Shown one piece after another: positions 25,847-36,137 of a stretch of 64,000 nucleotides of DNA. Under the pieces are notes generated by a model. The model was given only the letters and a program-made list of their open reading frames with translations, was not told the DNA's origin and did not search any database. The stretch spans positions 152,911 through 216,910 of the forward strand of contig CAZMNA010000001.1 in NCBI GenBank assembly GCA_964567555.1, written 5' to 3'. The stretch is from an uncultured Candidatus Saccharibacteria bacterium. Lineage in GTDB: Bacteria > Patescibacteriota > Saccharimonadia > Saccharimonadales > UBA10212. Positions within the stretch are counted from its first letter, which is position 1, and every line of letters begins with the position of its first letter. The position numbers and the translations under genes were made by a program.

Positions 25847-27289
25847 ATGAAGGTTAACCCACACATTTTCCGAGGTTATGATTTACGCGGCATTGTGGAT
25901 GAGGATCTTTCCCCCGAACTGGCTCTTCATATTGGCAAGGCCCACGGTACGTTATTAAAAAAACTCGGCCACACTAAGGCTTTGGTCGGACGCGATAGCC
26001 GCCAAACAAGCCCCTTGTACGCGCAGAAAGTAATTGAAGGATTGGCCTGGACCGGGTTGGACGTAATTGATATTGGTCTGCAAATGGTCGGAGTGTTTTA
26101 TTGGGCTCAACACGAGCTTAAAATACCTGGTGGTGTATTTGTAACCGCTTCCCATAATCCGCCCCAGTTCAATGGCTTTAAGCTAGCTAATGACTACTCA
26201 GAGACTTTAGTTTCCGAGAGCATGCAAACCATCCGCAAAATGGTGGAAGAAGAAGGCTACGAGCAAGGCGGTGAGCCAGGTAAGATTAGCAGGCAGGATA
26301 TACGCCCAGCCTATTTTAAAGATATTTTAAGCCGCATAGAGCTTGAGCACCCTCTCAAGGTAATGATTGATGCGTCCAATACTAGCTCAGGAGAAATTGT
26401 ACCGGAACTACTCAAGCAGGCCGGCTGTGAGGTTGTCGGCTATAACACGCTTATTAAGCCGGACTTCCCTCTGGGCGCGGCTGACCCAACCGAGGAATAC
26501 ATAATGGAGCGTATGCGGGGCGAGATGATTGAGTGTCAGGCAGATGTTGGTTTTACCTACGATGCAGACGGTGACCGAATCGGCATTGTCAATGAAAAAG
26601 GAGAGCCCGTCTGGAATGATATGCTCGTGGCGATTTTTGCTAAAGACGTACTGGCTGACCACCCGGGAGCAACTATCATGTTCAATACCTTGTGTTCAAA
26701 AGCCGTGCCCGAGACTATAAAGGCAGCCGGAGGGACTGCTTTTATGTGGCGTACCGGTCATTCTTTCTTAAAAAAGAAAAACCAAGAAATCAAAGCAGCC
26801 TTTATCGGCGAACTGTCCGGCCACTTCTTTTTCTCTGAAGACTTTTACAACCATGATGACGGTGTTTATGCGACAATGCGCCTTTTGCAGGCAATGAGTC
26901 GGACGGATAAAACCTTATCTCAAATGGTAGCCGAATTACCGCACTATATGTCTAGCCCCGAGATAAAGGTGTTTTGCCCAGATGATAAAAAAGTCGGTCT
27001 AATTGAGGATACATCAAAAAAATTGCGCGGAGACTACCCTGAAGCCGAAGTTATTGATGACGAACGTGCCGGTGATGGCGTGCGTCTAGAACTACCAGAT
27101 GCGATGTTTGTCGTCCGTTATTCCCAAAATGGACCATACGTAACGGTAAAAATTGAGGCTAAGGACAAGTCGCGATATGAAAGTCTTAGACAATACCTGT
27201 CCGATACTCTGCATTCATACCCCGAAATTGATTGGACGAATTCAGTCAGCGCAAACGTCAGCGCGTTGGATCCGGACTTTAAGCATTAA
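25847..27289 (+). CDS. phosphomannomutase/phosphoglucomutase
   Basis: Active-site loop TASHNPPQFNGFK. Metal loop DADGDR. Sugar-binding GELSGH. Confidence 0.9.
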   Translation: MKVNPHIFRGYDLRGIVDEDLSPELALHIGKAHGTLLKKLGHTKALVGRDSRQTSPLYAQKVIEGLAWTGLDVIDIGLQMVGVFYWAQHELKIPGGVFVTASHNPPQFNGFKLANDYSETLVSESMQTIRKMVEEEGYEQGGEPGKISRQDIRPAYFKDILSRIELEHPLKVMIDASNTSSGEIVPELLKQAGCEVVGYNTLIKPDFPLGAADPTEEYIMERMRGEMIECQADVGFTYDADGDRIGIVNEKGEPVWNDMLVAIFAKDVLADHPGATIMFNTLCSKAVPETIKAAGGTAFMWRTGHSFLKKKNQEIKAAFIGELSGHFFFSEDFYNHDDGVYATMRLLQAMSRTDKTLSQMVAELPHYMSSPEIKVFCPDDKKVGLIEDTSKKLRGDYPEAEVIDDERAGDGVRLELPDAMFVVRYSQNGPYVTVKIEAKDKSRYESLRQYLSDTLHSYPEIDWTNSVSANVSALDPDFKH

Positions 27290-27841
27290 CTAGTCTTCTA
27301 AATACTTCGAGAGCTTGTTCTTTAGCTTGTGCTTAGTTTTATTGATAGCTCTTTTGTGGAAGGTTTTGCTCCACTCATTGGTAAACCAACTGGATGACCA
27401 TTCCTTGTCTTCACCCACCCCAAATACAACTTCCGTACCATTTGCTTGGCAAACCTCCCATTCGCGGATAGTTGATGGGTCAACGGTGTCTCCGCCCTTT
27501 GTATAAACGTGCGGTTTTATAACTTTTAGGGCTTCGTTAACGCTCATATCATCTTCAATCTCAAACGGAACTACATAATCAACATTCTTTATTCCGCTGA
27601 CAATTAAACTGCGTGTTGCTAGATTCTGGAAGGGTTTACCCTTCTTGGCGGTTAAGAACCAGTCGCCGTTAATTATTACCGCCAGGGTATCGCCCAATTT
27701 TTTACTTTCTATTATTAGGCTTATGTGGCCAGGGTGTATGGGATCATAGCCACCACTAGTAGCAACGATTTTACCAAGTTTAGGCCGTAGTTTGGCGAAC
27801 TCGCCCAAACTAACAATCTGTGCTCCCCAGGATGCTTTCAT
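27290..27841 (-). CDS. cytidylyltransferase-like nucleotidyltransferase (RfaE domain II / TagD-like)
   Basis: SGGYDPIHPGHISLI (HxGH motif). Confidence 0.65.
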   Translation of the reverse strand: MKASWGAQIVSLGEFAKLRPKLGKIVATSGGYDPIHPGHISLIIESKKLGDTLAVIINGDWFLTAKKGKPFQNLATRSLIVSGIKNVDYVVPFEIEDDMSVNEALKVIKPHVYTKGGDTVDPSTIREWEVCQANGTEVVFGVGEDKEWSSSWFTNEWSKTFHKRAINKTKHKLKNKLSKYLED

Positions 27842-28756
27842 TCAGATTATTTTATCACGCAAGTACTGCTTAAACTCATCGCCGAGAGTCTCGTGCTCTA
27901 GAGCCAAGTCTACGACGGTTTTTAAATACTCTAGCTTGTTACCAGTATCATAGAACTTGCTATCTTTCATGATTACTCCATAAGCCTCGTGACCATCGTT
28001 TATCATCTGCTGTATGGATGGCTGGAAAATAAACTCTTCCCCAGGCTGCAACCGCTTAAGGGCAACCTCTAGATATTCAAATATCGAGGGGGTCATTAAA
28101 TAGCTGCTGACTGTTGCAAATTTGGAGGGGGCAGCTTCAGGGCTACCGGGCTTTTCAATAATAGACTTAACATTTAATAGATTGCCGCCGATTTGTTCAC
28201 CCCCAACATAACCGTATCGTTTATAGTCCTGCGGCTTATCCGCTTCAACGCAGGTAAAGACCATGCCTTTTTTGTCGGTATACACATCTATTAGCTCGCT
28301 GAAGCGATTGGTCTTACCTTTCACAAAGTCGTCCCCCCAAGTGAAAATGAAGGGCTCATCGGCTAAAAGATGCTTTGTGCACATTACCGGTGCGGCATTC
28401 CCGTAGGGCCCTTTCTGGCGGACATATATAAAATTAGCTAGATTGCCTATTGCCTCTGTTTCTTCCAGCAATTCGGTTTTACCTGAAGCGGCCAAATTAT
28501 TCACCAGCTCCTGGCTGAGGTTGTCAAAATGATCCTCAATCGCGCGCTTGCTATAGCCCGTCACGATAATAATGTCTTGAATACCCGCCTCAACTAGTTC
28601 TTCAACAATGTACTGAATAACCGGTTTATCTACCAATGGCAACATCTCTTTGGGCATGGCCTTGGTTTGAGGCAAAAATCGGGTGCCAAAACCCGCCGCC
28701 GCAATGACCGCTTTTCGGACTGTTCTTACATCTGCTTTGGTTGCCATACTCCTCAT
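27842..28756 (-). CDS. galU: UTP-glucose-1-phosphate uridylyltransferase
   Basis: AAGFGTRFLPQTKAMPKEMLPLVDKPVIQYIVEE. Confidence 0.85.
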   Translation of the reverse strand: MRSMATKADVRTVRKAVIAAAGFGTRFLPQTKAMPKEMLPLVDKPVIQYIVEELVEAGIQDIIIVTGYSKRAIEDHFDNLSQELVNNLAASGKTELLEETEAIGNLANFIYVRQKGPYGNAAPVMCTKHLLADEPFIFTWGDDFVKGKTNRFSELIDVYTDKKGMVFTCVEADKPQDYKRYGYVGGEQIGGNLLNVKSIIEKPGSPEAAPSKFATVSSYLMTPSIFEYLEVALKRLQPGEEFIFQPSIQQMINDGHEAYGVIMKDSKFYDTGNKLEYLKTVVDLALEHETLGDEFKQYLRDKII

Positions 28757-28781
28757 AATAACATCTAGGAGCTCGGGCTAA

Positions 28782-29807
<1,026 letters not shown>

Positions 29808-29856
29808 ATTGTATTAAGCGGGGTCCCCGCAAAATTTATTTTGTGGGGTATCGGTA

Positions 29857-30426
29857 ATGTCAGTCCCAACAACTGAATATAGCGGACAAAAGACGGATAT
29901 TCCCGGCCTCATTGTTTTTGATGTTACGGATGTCGGTGATGAACGCGGCTGGTTCCAGGAAAAATTCCACAAAGAAAAATTAGTAGCCGCCGGCATGCCA
30001 GAGAGTTTTAATGTCGTCCAAAATAACGTGGCTTACAACAAAGAACGTGGCGTCGCCCGCGGTCTACATGCCGAACCTTGGGACAAGTATATTTCCGTAG
30101 CCAGCGGACGGGTTTTTGTAGCTTACGTTGATATACGTGCCGGTAATAGTTTCGGCAAAGTAGTGACACTTGAAGTCGATAAGAACAAGGCAGTTTTTAT
30201 CCCTAAGGGTGTTGCTAATTCCTACCAAACCCTTAGCGAAGATGTCTACTATATCTACAGTGTGAACGACCATTGGCGGGCCGAGAATTATAACGTCTAT
30301 CCGGCTGTTAATATGGCTGACACGTCGCTTGGCATTAGTTGGCCTATACCGATGGATGAGGCAACAGTGTCTGAGCGTGACCGCGGCCTGCCAAAACTCT
30401 CAGAGATTAAACCGGTAAATACTTAA
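29857..30426 (+). CDS. rfbC: dTDP-4-dehydrorhamnose 3,5-epimerase
   Basis: DERGWFQE, RGLHAEPWDK and cupin-fold length. Confidence 0.88.
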   Translation: MSVPTTEYSGQKTDIPGLIVFDVTDVGDERGWFQEKFHKEKLVAAGMPESFNVVQNNVAYNKERGVARGLHAEPWDKYISVASGRVFVAYVDIRAGNSFGKVVTLEVDKNKAVFIPKGVANSYQTLSEDVYYIYSVNDHWRAENYNVYPAVNMADTSLGISWPIPMDEATVSERDRGLPKLSEIKPVNT

Positions 30427-31280
30427 TGCAAGACAGCGAAATTTTTATAACTGGCGCGAATGGTCAGATTGGTACGGCCTTACGCCAAATTTATCCAAAC
30501 TCTAAATCCGCGGACATTGATGAACTGAACATTACGGATAAAAATAGTGTGCTGGATTTTGATTGGACCCAAACTAAGGTGCTCATAAATGCCGCTGGCT
30601 ATACGAATGTTGATGGCGCCCAAACCCCGGAAGGAGAAAAAACAGCCTTTGCTGTTAATGACCAAGCCGTCGGCTATCTTGCCCGAGCCGCAAAGCAAAA
30701 CAACCTAACACTAGTTCATGTTTCCACCGCTTATGTTTTTGACGGCGCCAAAAAAATCTACACAGAAGAGGATGAGCCAAACCCGCTTGGAGTTTATGCC
30801 AAATCTAAATTGGCCGGTGATAAAAAAGCTGCTGCCACTAGTAAGCATTACATCGTCCGAACCGATTCAGTCATAGGCGAGGGTAAAAATTTTGTGCGCA
30901 CCATGCTAGAACTGGGCAAAAAAGGCGTTCCCCCTACAGTTGTGTCTGACCAGTACATCCGACCGGCTTTCACGACCGAACTAGCCCAAGCTATCAACCA
31001 TCTGCTAACCGCTAACTGCCCCTTTGGCATATATAACCTGACCAACGAAGGCAAGCCCATCAGCTGGGCGGACTTCACACGAGCAATTTTTAAAGAGGCC
31101 AACATAAATTTGAAAGTTACTGATACAACTTTGGCCAAATATTCAGCCGGTAAAGAAGGCGTGGCGCCAAGACCATTGAATAGTGTCTTGGATTTAGCCA
31201 AAATAGAGGCCACGGGCTTTACACCACATGATTGGTATGAGGATTTAATGGATTACATAAACAAGGAATTAGGCCGGTAA
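30426..31280 (+). CDS. rfbD: dTDP-4-dehydrorhamnose reductase
   Basis: ITGANGQIG, STAYVFDG, YAKSKLAG. The start overlaps the rfbC stop. Confidence 0.88.
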   Translation: MQDSEIFITGANGQIGTALRQIYPNSKSADIDELNITDKNSVLDFDWTQTKVLINAAGYTNVDGAQTPEGEKTAFAVNDQAVGYLARAAKQNNLTLVHVSTAYVFDGAKKIYTEEDEPNPLGVYAKSKLAGDKKAAATSKHYIVRTDSVIGEGKNFVRTMLELGKKGVPPTVVSDQYIRPAFTTELAQAINHLLTANCPFGIYNLTNEGKPISWADFTRAIFKEANINLKVTDTTLAKYSAGKEGVAPRPLNSVLDLAKIEATGFTPHDWYEDLMDYINKELGR

Positions 31281-31284
31281 TTCT

Positions 31285-31545
31285 TTATTTTCTGTAGACC
31301 TCTCGACGGTGCTGAACCCTCAAAATCACAATTTCATCATCTTGCACGTCAAAAAGTACCCTATAATCACCAATCCGCCAGCGATACTGTGCGTCAAATG
31401 GTTCGGTGAGCCGCTCGGCGTATTTTAGTGGATCCTTTTTGTCGTAGTAGAACTCCAATTTTACTTTAATACGCTTCCTGATTTGGGGGGTTAATTTTTT
31501 TATGTCGCGTACAGCCGGTTTTTTATAGCTTACGCGATATGCCAC
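31285..31545 (-). CDS. type II toxin, RelE/ParE family
   Basis: 86 aa; YRWRIGDYRVLFDV...IVILRVQHRREVY is the RelE/StbE signature. Confidence 0.85.
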   Translation of the reverse strand: MAYRVSYKKPAVRDIKKLTPQIRKRIKVKLEFYYDKKDPLKYAERLTEPFDAQYRWRIGDYRVLFDVQDDEIVILRVQHRREVYRK

Positions 31546-31790
31546 TAATCTAGGTCTCCGAACACCTCTTCGTGAGTGAAATATTCGTCACTGTCGCGTG
31601 CCTCTTTAATGCTAGCCAGATACTTAGGATCACTAGCAGCTAATAAATCTTCTAGTTTATCCAAGTCAATAATAGCTCGCTCTTTCTTACCGCGGCGGGT
31701 AATAATCAAGACGTCGTCAATTGAGACCGAATCAAGTGCGTCCGCCAGATTATCACGCAATTTGCTGGCGGTAATCGTTTTAGTACCCAT
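31545..31790 (-). CDS. type II antitoxin, Phd/YefM family
   Basis: 81 aa; ITASKLRDNLADALDSV...VLIITRRGK. Its stop overlaps the toxin start by 1 nt. Confidence 0.85.
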   Translation of the reverse strand: MGTKTITASKLRDNLADALDSVSIDDVLIITRRGKKERAIIDLDKLEDLLAASDPKYLASIKEARDSDEYFTHEEVFGDLD

Positions 31791-31800
31791 ATTTACTCCT

Positions 31801-31830
31801 GTACTATTAAATCGTACGCTTTAATTGTAC
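31801..31830. promoter_or_regulatory. three GTAC core motifs at 13-nt spacing, candidate Phd/YefM operator
   Basis: GTAC at 31801, 31814 and 31827, directly upstream of the antitoxin start (31790). YefM-type operators are known to contain (T)GTAC(A) cores. Confidence 0.45.
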
Positions 31831-31872
31831 GTCTGGCATTTTAATTCGTCAAGTGATTTTTCTGATGGCTAG

Positions 31873-31915
31873 GGACTGTGGACTCGGGACTACGGACTAG
31901 GATACTATTGTATCC
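31873..31915 (+). repeat. four perfect GGACTNN heptad repeats plus a degenerate fifth, merging into a 16-bp palindrome GGATACTATTGTATCC
   Basis: GGACT at 31873, 31880, 31887 and 31894, with GGAtACT at 31900. The palindrome spans 31900-31915 and ends 2 nt before the rfbA ATG. Confidence 0.8.
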
Positions 31916-31917
31916 GT

Positions 31918-32781
31918 ATGCGCGGAATAATTTTAGCCGGTGGTTCCGGCACACGGATGTACCCGGTAACTTACGGAGTCTGTAAGCAACTTATCCCGGT
32001 TCATGATAAACCACTGGTTTATTATCCCCTTTCAACCCTGATGCTGGCTGGCATCAAAGAAATCGGCATTATAACTACGCCGCATGATCAGCCGCGTTTT
32101 CAAGAACTATTGGGCGACGGCACCCAGCTTGGCTGCAAATTTACCTACATCACTCAAGATCAGCCGCGCGGTTTGGCTGACGCTTTCATTGTCGGGGAGC
32201 ACTTCATCGGCAAAGACAAAGTCTGTCTGATTTTAGGTGACAATATCTTCTACGGCTGGGGTTTTGGCACACAGCTTGAGAAGCTCACCAATCCGGATGG
32301 CGGAATTATTTTTGCTTATCACGTGGCTGACCCTCGCCGGCTGGGCGTCGTGGAGTTTGATGAAAATATGAAAGCGGTCTCAATTGAAGAAAAACCGCAA
32401 AATCCAAAATCAAGCTATGGTGTACCCGGCCTATACTTTTATGACAATGAGGTTATTGAGATTGCCAAGAGCTTAAAGCCAAGCGCCCGCGGCGAGATTG
32501 AAATAACCGATGTTAACGATGCCTACCTTAAAGCTGGTAAGCTCAAGGTAAGCGTCATTGACCGCGGCGTAGTTTGGATTGACCCGGGCAATTTTGAAGA
32601 CTTTTCTTTGGCCTCACAGTTTGTAGAAGTGATTGAAAAAGCTCAGGGTCTCAAAATTGGCTGCATAGAAGAAGTGGCCTGGCGCCAAGGCTTCATTGAC
32701 AATGCCCAGTTAAAGAAACTGGCCGAGCCCCTGATTAAATCCGGCTACGGCCAGTACTTGTTAAAATTACTTGATGAATAA
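31918..32781 (+). CDS. rfbA: glucose-1-phosphate thymidylyltransferase
   Basis: MRGIILAGGSGTRMYPVT...KQLIPVHDKPLVYYPLSTLMLAGI. Confidence 0.95.
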   Translation: MRGIILAGGSGTRMYPVTYGVCKQLIPVHDKPLVYYPLSTLMLAGIKEIGIITTPHDQPRFQELLGDGTQLGCKFTYITQDQPRGLADAFIVGEHFIGKDKVCLILGDNIFYGWGFGTQLEKLTNPDGGIIFAYHVADPRRLGVVEFDENMKAVSIEEKPQNPKSSYGVPGLYFYDNEVIEIAKSLKPSARGEIEITDVNDAYLKAGKLKVSVIDRGVVWIDPGNFEDFSLASQFVEVIEKAQGLKIGCIEEVAWRQGFIDNAQLKKLAEPLIKSGYGQYLLKLLDE

Positions 32782-34042
32782 AATCAGAGTTAGTGTCGTT
32801 GGCCTTGGATATGTGGGCCTGCCGCTGGCGCTACTTGCTAGTAAAAAAGGTCACGCCGTCACGGGTATAGATTTGGATAAAAATAAGGTTGAGTTAATTA
32901 ACGCCCATAAGGACCCTATTGACGATGACTATGTGGCAAAAAATATTAAGGGCTCCAGTCTCAAAGGAACTACAAGTTTTTCAGCAATCGCAGACTCTGA
33001 TCTTGTCATTGTTTGCGTCCCTACTCCGGTTAAAAACGGCCGCGAGCCTGACCTCGGCCCAGTCAAAGTCGCCTGTAAATCTTTAGCCCAAAAATTACAA
33101 AAAAATACACTGGTCATTATAGAGTCAACCATTAATCCGGGTGTCTGCGACGAGGTAGTTATTCCTTTACTGGAAGATATTTCCGGACTGAGAGTAAACC
33201 AGGACTTTTTTGTCTCCCACTGCCCCGAGCGCATTAACCCGGGCGATGAAAAGTGGAACGTTGAAAACATCCCGCGTGTGGCCGGCTCTAGCTCCCCTGA
33301 AGGATTAAAACGGACCTTAGAATTTTATGAATCAATAATTGATGCACCAATTAAGCCGATGGGTTCGCTCAAAGAAGCAGAGGCCGTCAAAATCGTTGAA
33401 AATTCTTTTAGGGACGTAAACATCGCCTTCGTAAACGAACTGGCTATGTCTTTTGATAAGCTCGGCATTAACGTCAAAAATGTCATTGACGGTGCCGCCA
33501 CCAAACCATTTGCTTTTTTGCCGCATTACCCGAGCGTTGGCGTTGGCGGCCACTGCATCCCGGTTGACCCTTACTACTTGATTGAGTATGCCAAGGGCTA
33601 TGGGTTTGACCACGAGTTTTTAAGCTTGGCACGTTCTATAAATAACCATATGCCGCAGTTCACGGTAGAAAAACTAATAGAAGGTCTCGATGAATCCAAA
33701 ATAAGTATCAAAGGTGCAAAGATCGCAGTGCTAGGGCTATCGTATAAGCCCAACGTGGCCGACGATCGTGAAAGCCCCACCTACAAAGTTATAAAGATCT
33801 TAGAGGATAAGGGTGCTGAAGTAAGTAGCTATGACCCCTACCTACCGGCTAAGTCCTCAGCAAAAAACTTAGACGAAGCTCTAAGTGGGGCCGATGCAGT
33901 AGTGCTGGCCACCAATCATCGGGAATTTGCAGAACTACCAAGCTCATGTATGAAAGTTAAAGTTTTTATTGACGGCAAAAATGCTTACAAGCGGGCTGAT
34001 TTTGAAAAAGAAGGCATTATATATTACGGAATTGGTACCTGA
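32771..34042 (+). CDS. nucleotide-sugar 6-dehydrogenase (UDP-glucose/UDP-ManNAc dehydrogenase family)
   Basis: VVGLGYVGLPLA Rossmann N-terminus. Catalytic-Cys region GVGGHCIPVDP. Confidence 0.85.
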   Translation: MMNKIRVSVVGLGYVGLPLALLASKKGHAVTGIDLDKNKVELINAHKDPIDDDYVAKNIKGSSLKGTTSFSAIADSDLVIVCVPTPVKNGREPDLGPVKVACKSLAQKLQKNTLVIIESTINPGVCDEVVIPLLEDISGLRVNQDFFVSHCPERINPGDEKWNVENIPRVAGSSSPEGLKRTLEFYESIIDAPIKPMGSLKEAEAVKIVENSFRDVNIAFVNELAMSFDKLGINVKNVIDGAATKPFAFLPHYPSVGVGGHCIPVDPYYLIEYAKGYGFDHEFLSLARSINNHMPQFTVEKLIEGLDESKISIKGAKIAVLGLSYKPNVADDRESPTYKVIKILEDKGAEVSSYDPYLPAKSSAKNLDEALSGADAVVLATNHREFAELPSSCMKVKVFIDGKNAYKRADFEKEGIIYYGIGT

Positions 34043-34060
34043 TGCAGGCTAGGCCAAAAA

Positions 34061-35044
34061 CTAAGCGCTCTTAAGACTACCTAACGTTTTTTTGCCCGCA
34101 GCTAGCCAACCTATGGCTAACACAAGGAATTGGACGCCACGATCAACAAGTGCGATTAATAAAATCTGGCTTATTGAAAAACCTAATATATTCGATGAAA
34201 AGATATAGACCGCTTCTTTAATGCCTAAGTTCGCCGGAGTTATATTGATAAATATGCTGAGCGAACTAAGGACTCCAAAAAGGAGCAACGGTCCAAAGTT
34301 AGCGTGGAGATGAAGCGAAAGAATTATTAACCAGACCGCCAAAATACTAAAAGCCAAATTCACTACGGCAATACCGCTGAGTTGCCATAGCAACTTTGGG
34401 TGGGATATTATCTGCTTCCAGCCTAAAGAGACTTTATGAATAGTTCTAAGTACTCTGGCTGCAAACTTATCAGCAACTTGCTTTGGCTTTATAAACGGAA
34501 TTTTTATTAATGTCACTCCGAGTGAAAAAATCAGAATTAAAACAAACACCAGCGCCAGAATATCTGATTGGTTGTTATGTTTTTCGCCTATCAAAAGTAG
34601 GGATATAAGCCCGGCAAGTGAGTTAAAGAAAAGAATGATTACATAATTACCAAATAGAGTCGAACCATAGTTTACGTATGCCAGACTATATTTACGCTTT
34701 AAATATATAGCTCTTAGGACAAAACCGGTACCCGCCGGTGCTAAAAAATTACCAATGGAAGAAATTAGAGAAAGATAGAAACTCTCAGGAATCTTAAGAG
34801 CAATATCAAAGGGCCGAACGATGAATTTGGTAAAAAAACCGTTGGAAAAAATTATCGCTACATCGGTCAGGGCGATTAGAGCTAATAGCGGAACCCTCAA
34901 GTGCAAAATTGGCTTAAATTTACTTAGGTTTGCAACCAAATAAACCCCGAATAATACTAAAACTATCACCAGGCTAGCCCATCGGAATAACCTGCTTTTT
35001 CTAGAGTTAGTGTGCTTAGCGCCTACATCACTATCTAAGTTCAT
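34061..35044 (-). CDS. flippase-like / lysylphosphatidylglycerol-synthase-TM-region family (UPF0104) membrane protein
   Basis: About 8 TMs and a family-like topology. Last gene of the GT2-GT4-membrane trio, joined by overlapping stops and starts. Confidence 0.55.
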   Translation of the reverse strand: MNLDSDVGAKHTNSRKSRLFRWASLVIVLVLFGVYLVANLSKFKPILHLRVPLLALIALTDVAIIFSNGFFTKFIVRPFDIALKIPESFYLSLISSIGNFLAPAGTGFVLRAIYLKRKYSLAYVNYGSTLFGNYVIILFFNSLAGLISLLLIGEKHNNQSDILALVFVLILIFSLGVTLIKIPFIKPKQVADKFAARVLRTIHKVSLGWKQIISHPKLLWQLSGIAVVNLAFSILAVWLIILSLHLHANFGPLLLFGVLSSLSIFINITPANLGIKEAVYIFSSNILGFSISQILLIALVDRGVQFLVLAIGWLAAGKKTLGSLKSA

Positions 35045-36137
35045 TTATAATGCCGCCAACTTCTTTGACAATTACCTTATTCGAGTAATACTTTTCGTAT
35101 AGCATTTTCCCTTCGGCACCTATCCTTTTAAGTTTTACCCTGTTATTTTCTGCCCAAGAAAGTGACTCGGCTAATTTATCTGGGTCTTCTCTATCTGTAG
35201 TAAGGCAATTCCTTTTATCTTCAAAATCCCCAGTCACATCATTCTTCCCGATAATAACCGGCTTACCCATAGCTAAAAACTGAAAAGTTTTGCCCGTAAT
35301 TACACGAGCGGCTTGGCTGGTGTTGCCAAAAGGCCCGCCCAGACCCAAATCTGCCTTTGCTATTAAATCCGGCAGTTTATTAAAGTCCACCCACTTGATG
35401 TAAGTCAGATTTTCTGACAGATTATTTTGCTTCTGGAACAACTGAATCTCGGTCTCAAACTTATCGTTACCACCAATCAGAGTAAAGTGCATGCTCTTTA
35501 CCTTATTATCTTTAGCAAGAAGCTCTATAGCTTGCACAATTATATTTACCCCATGCAGCGGAAGCATGCTGCCATAAAATAAAATTTCAAATTTTTTGTG
35601 GGTTTTGGTCTGACGTGGATAAAAAATGGATTCATCAGCGCCCACTGGGATTATTTTCATTTTTTCCTGTGGCGTTCCATAGATTTTAGCGGAGAGATCT
35701 GCATGTCCTTGCGTGTCTTCTAGAATAATGTCAGAACTTTTAATGACCCATTTCATATAACGATCGATTAATCTAACTAAGATAGTTCCGTCGTTTAACT
35801 TGTGGTGTTCGTCAACTAGCCAATCATGCAGATTTATAAATTCATCAAAAATAATCTTGCTACCAAACATTAATGGATAGAACATCCAAAAAGACTCCTG
35901 CGCTCTGAACCCGACCAAAAATATATCAGGTCGAGTTTTAATTCTTAGCTGCACCAACTTTAGAAATACTTCAAAGTATCGTAAGAATCCCCTCTCCTTG
36001 TTCTTCACAACCACGAGGTTAATACTTTTTATCTCGGAGAGTGCTTTCAGTAAAGTTAATGTTCGGATGTAATTTGGATCTTTGTAACAAAGAATGTAGC
36101 AGACAGTCTTTTTATTTTTCATCCGAGTCTTTACCAA
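35031..36137 (-). CDS. glycosyltransferase (GT-B fold, GT4-like)
   Basis: C-terminal GGPFGNTSQAARVITGKTFQFLAMGKPVIIG region. Confidence 0.6.
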   Translation of the reverse strand: MVKTRMKNKKTVCYILCYKDPNYIRTLTLLKALSEIKSINLVVVKNKERGFLRYFEVFLKLVQLRIKTRPDIFLVGFRAQESFWMFYPLMFGSKIIFDEFINLHDWLVDEHHKLNDGTILVRLIDRYMKWVIKSSDIILEDTQGHADLSAKIYGTPQEKMKIIPVGADESIFYPRQTKTHKKFEILFYGSMLPLHGVNIIVQAIELLAKDNKVKSMHFTLIGGNDKFETEIQLFQKQNNLSENLTYIKWVDFNKLPDLIAKADLGLGGPFGNTSQAARVITGKTFQFLAMGKPVIIGKNDVTGDFEDKRNCLTTDREDPDKLAESLSWAENNRVKLKRIGAEGKMLYEKYYSNKVIVKEVGGIINELR

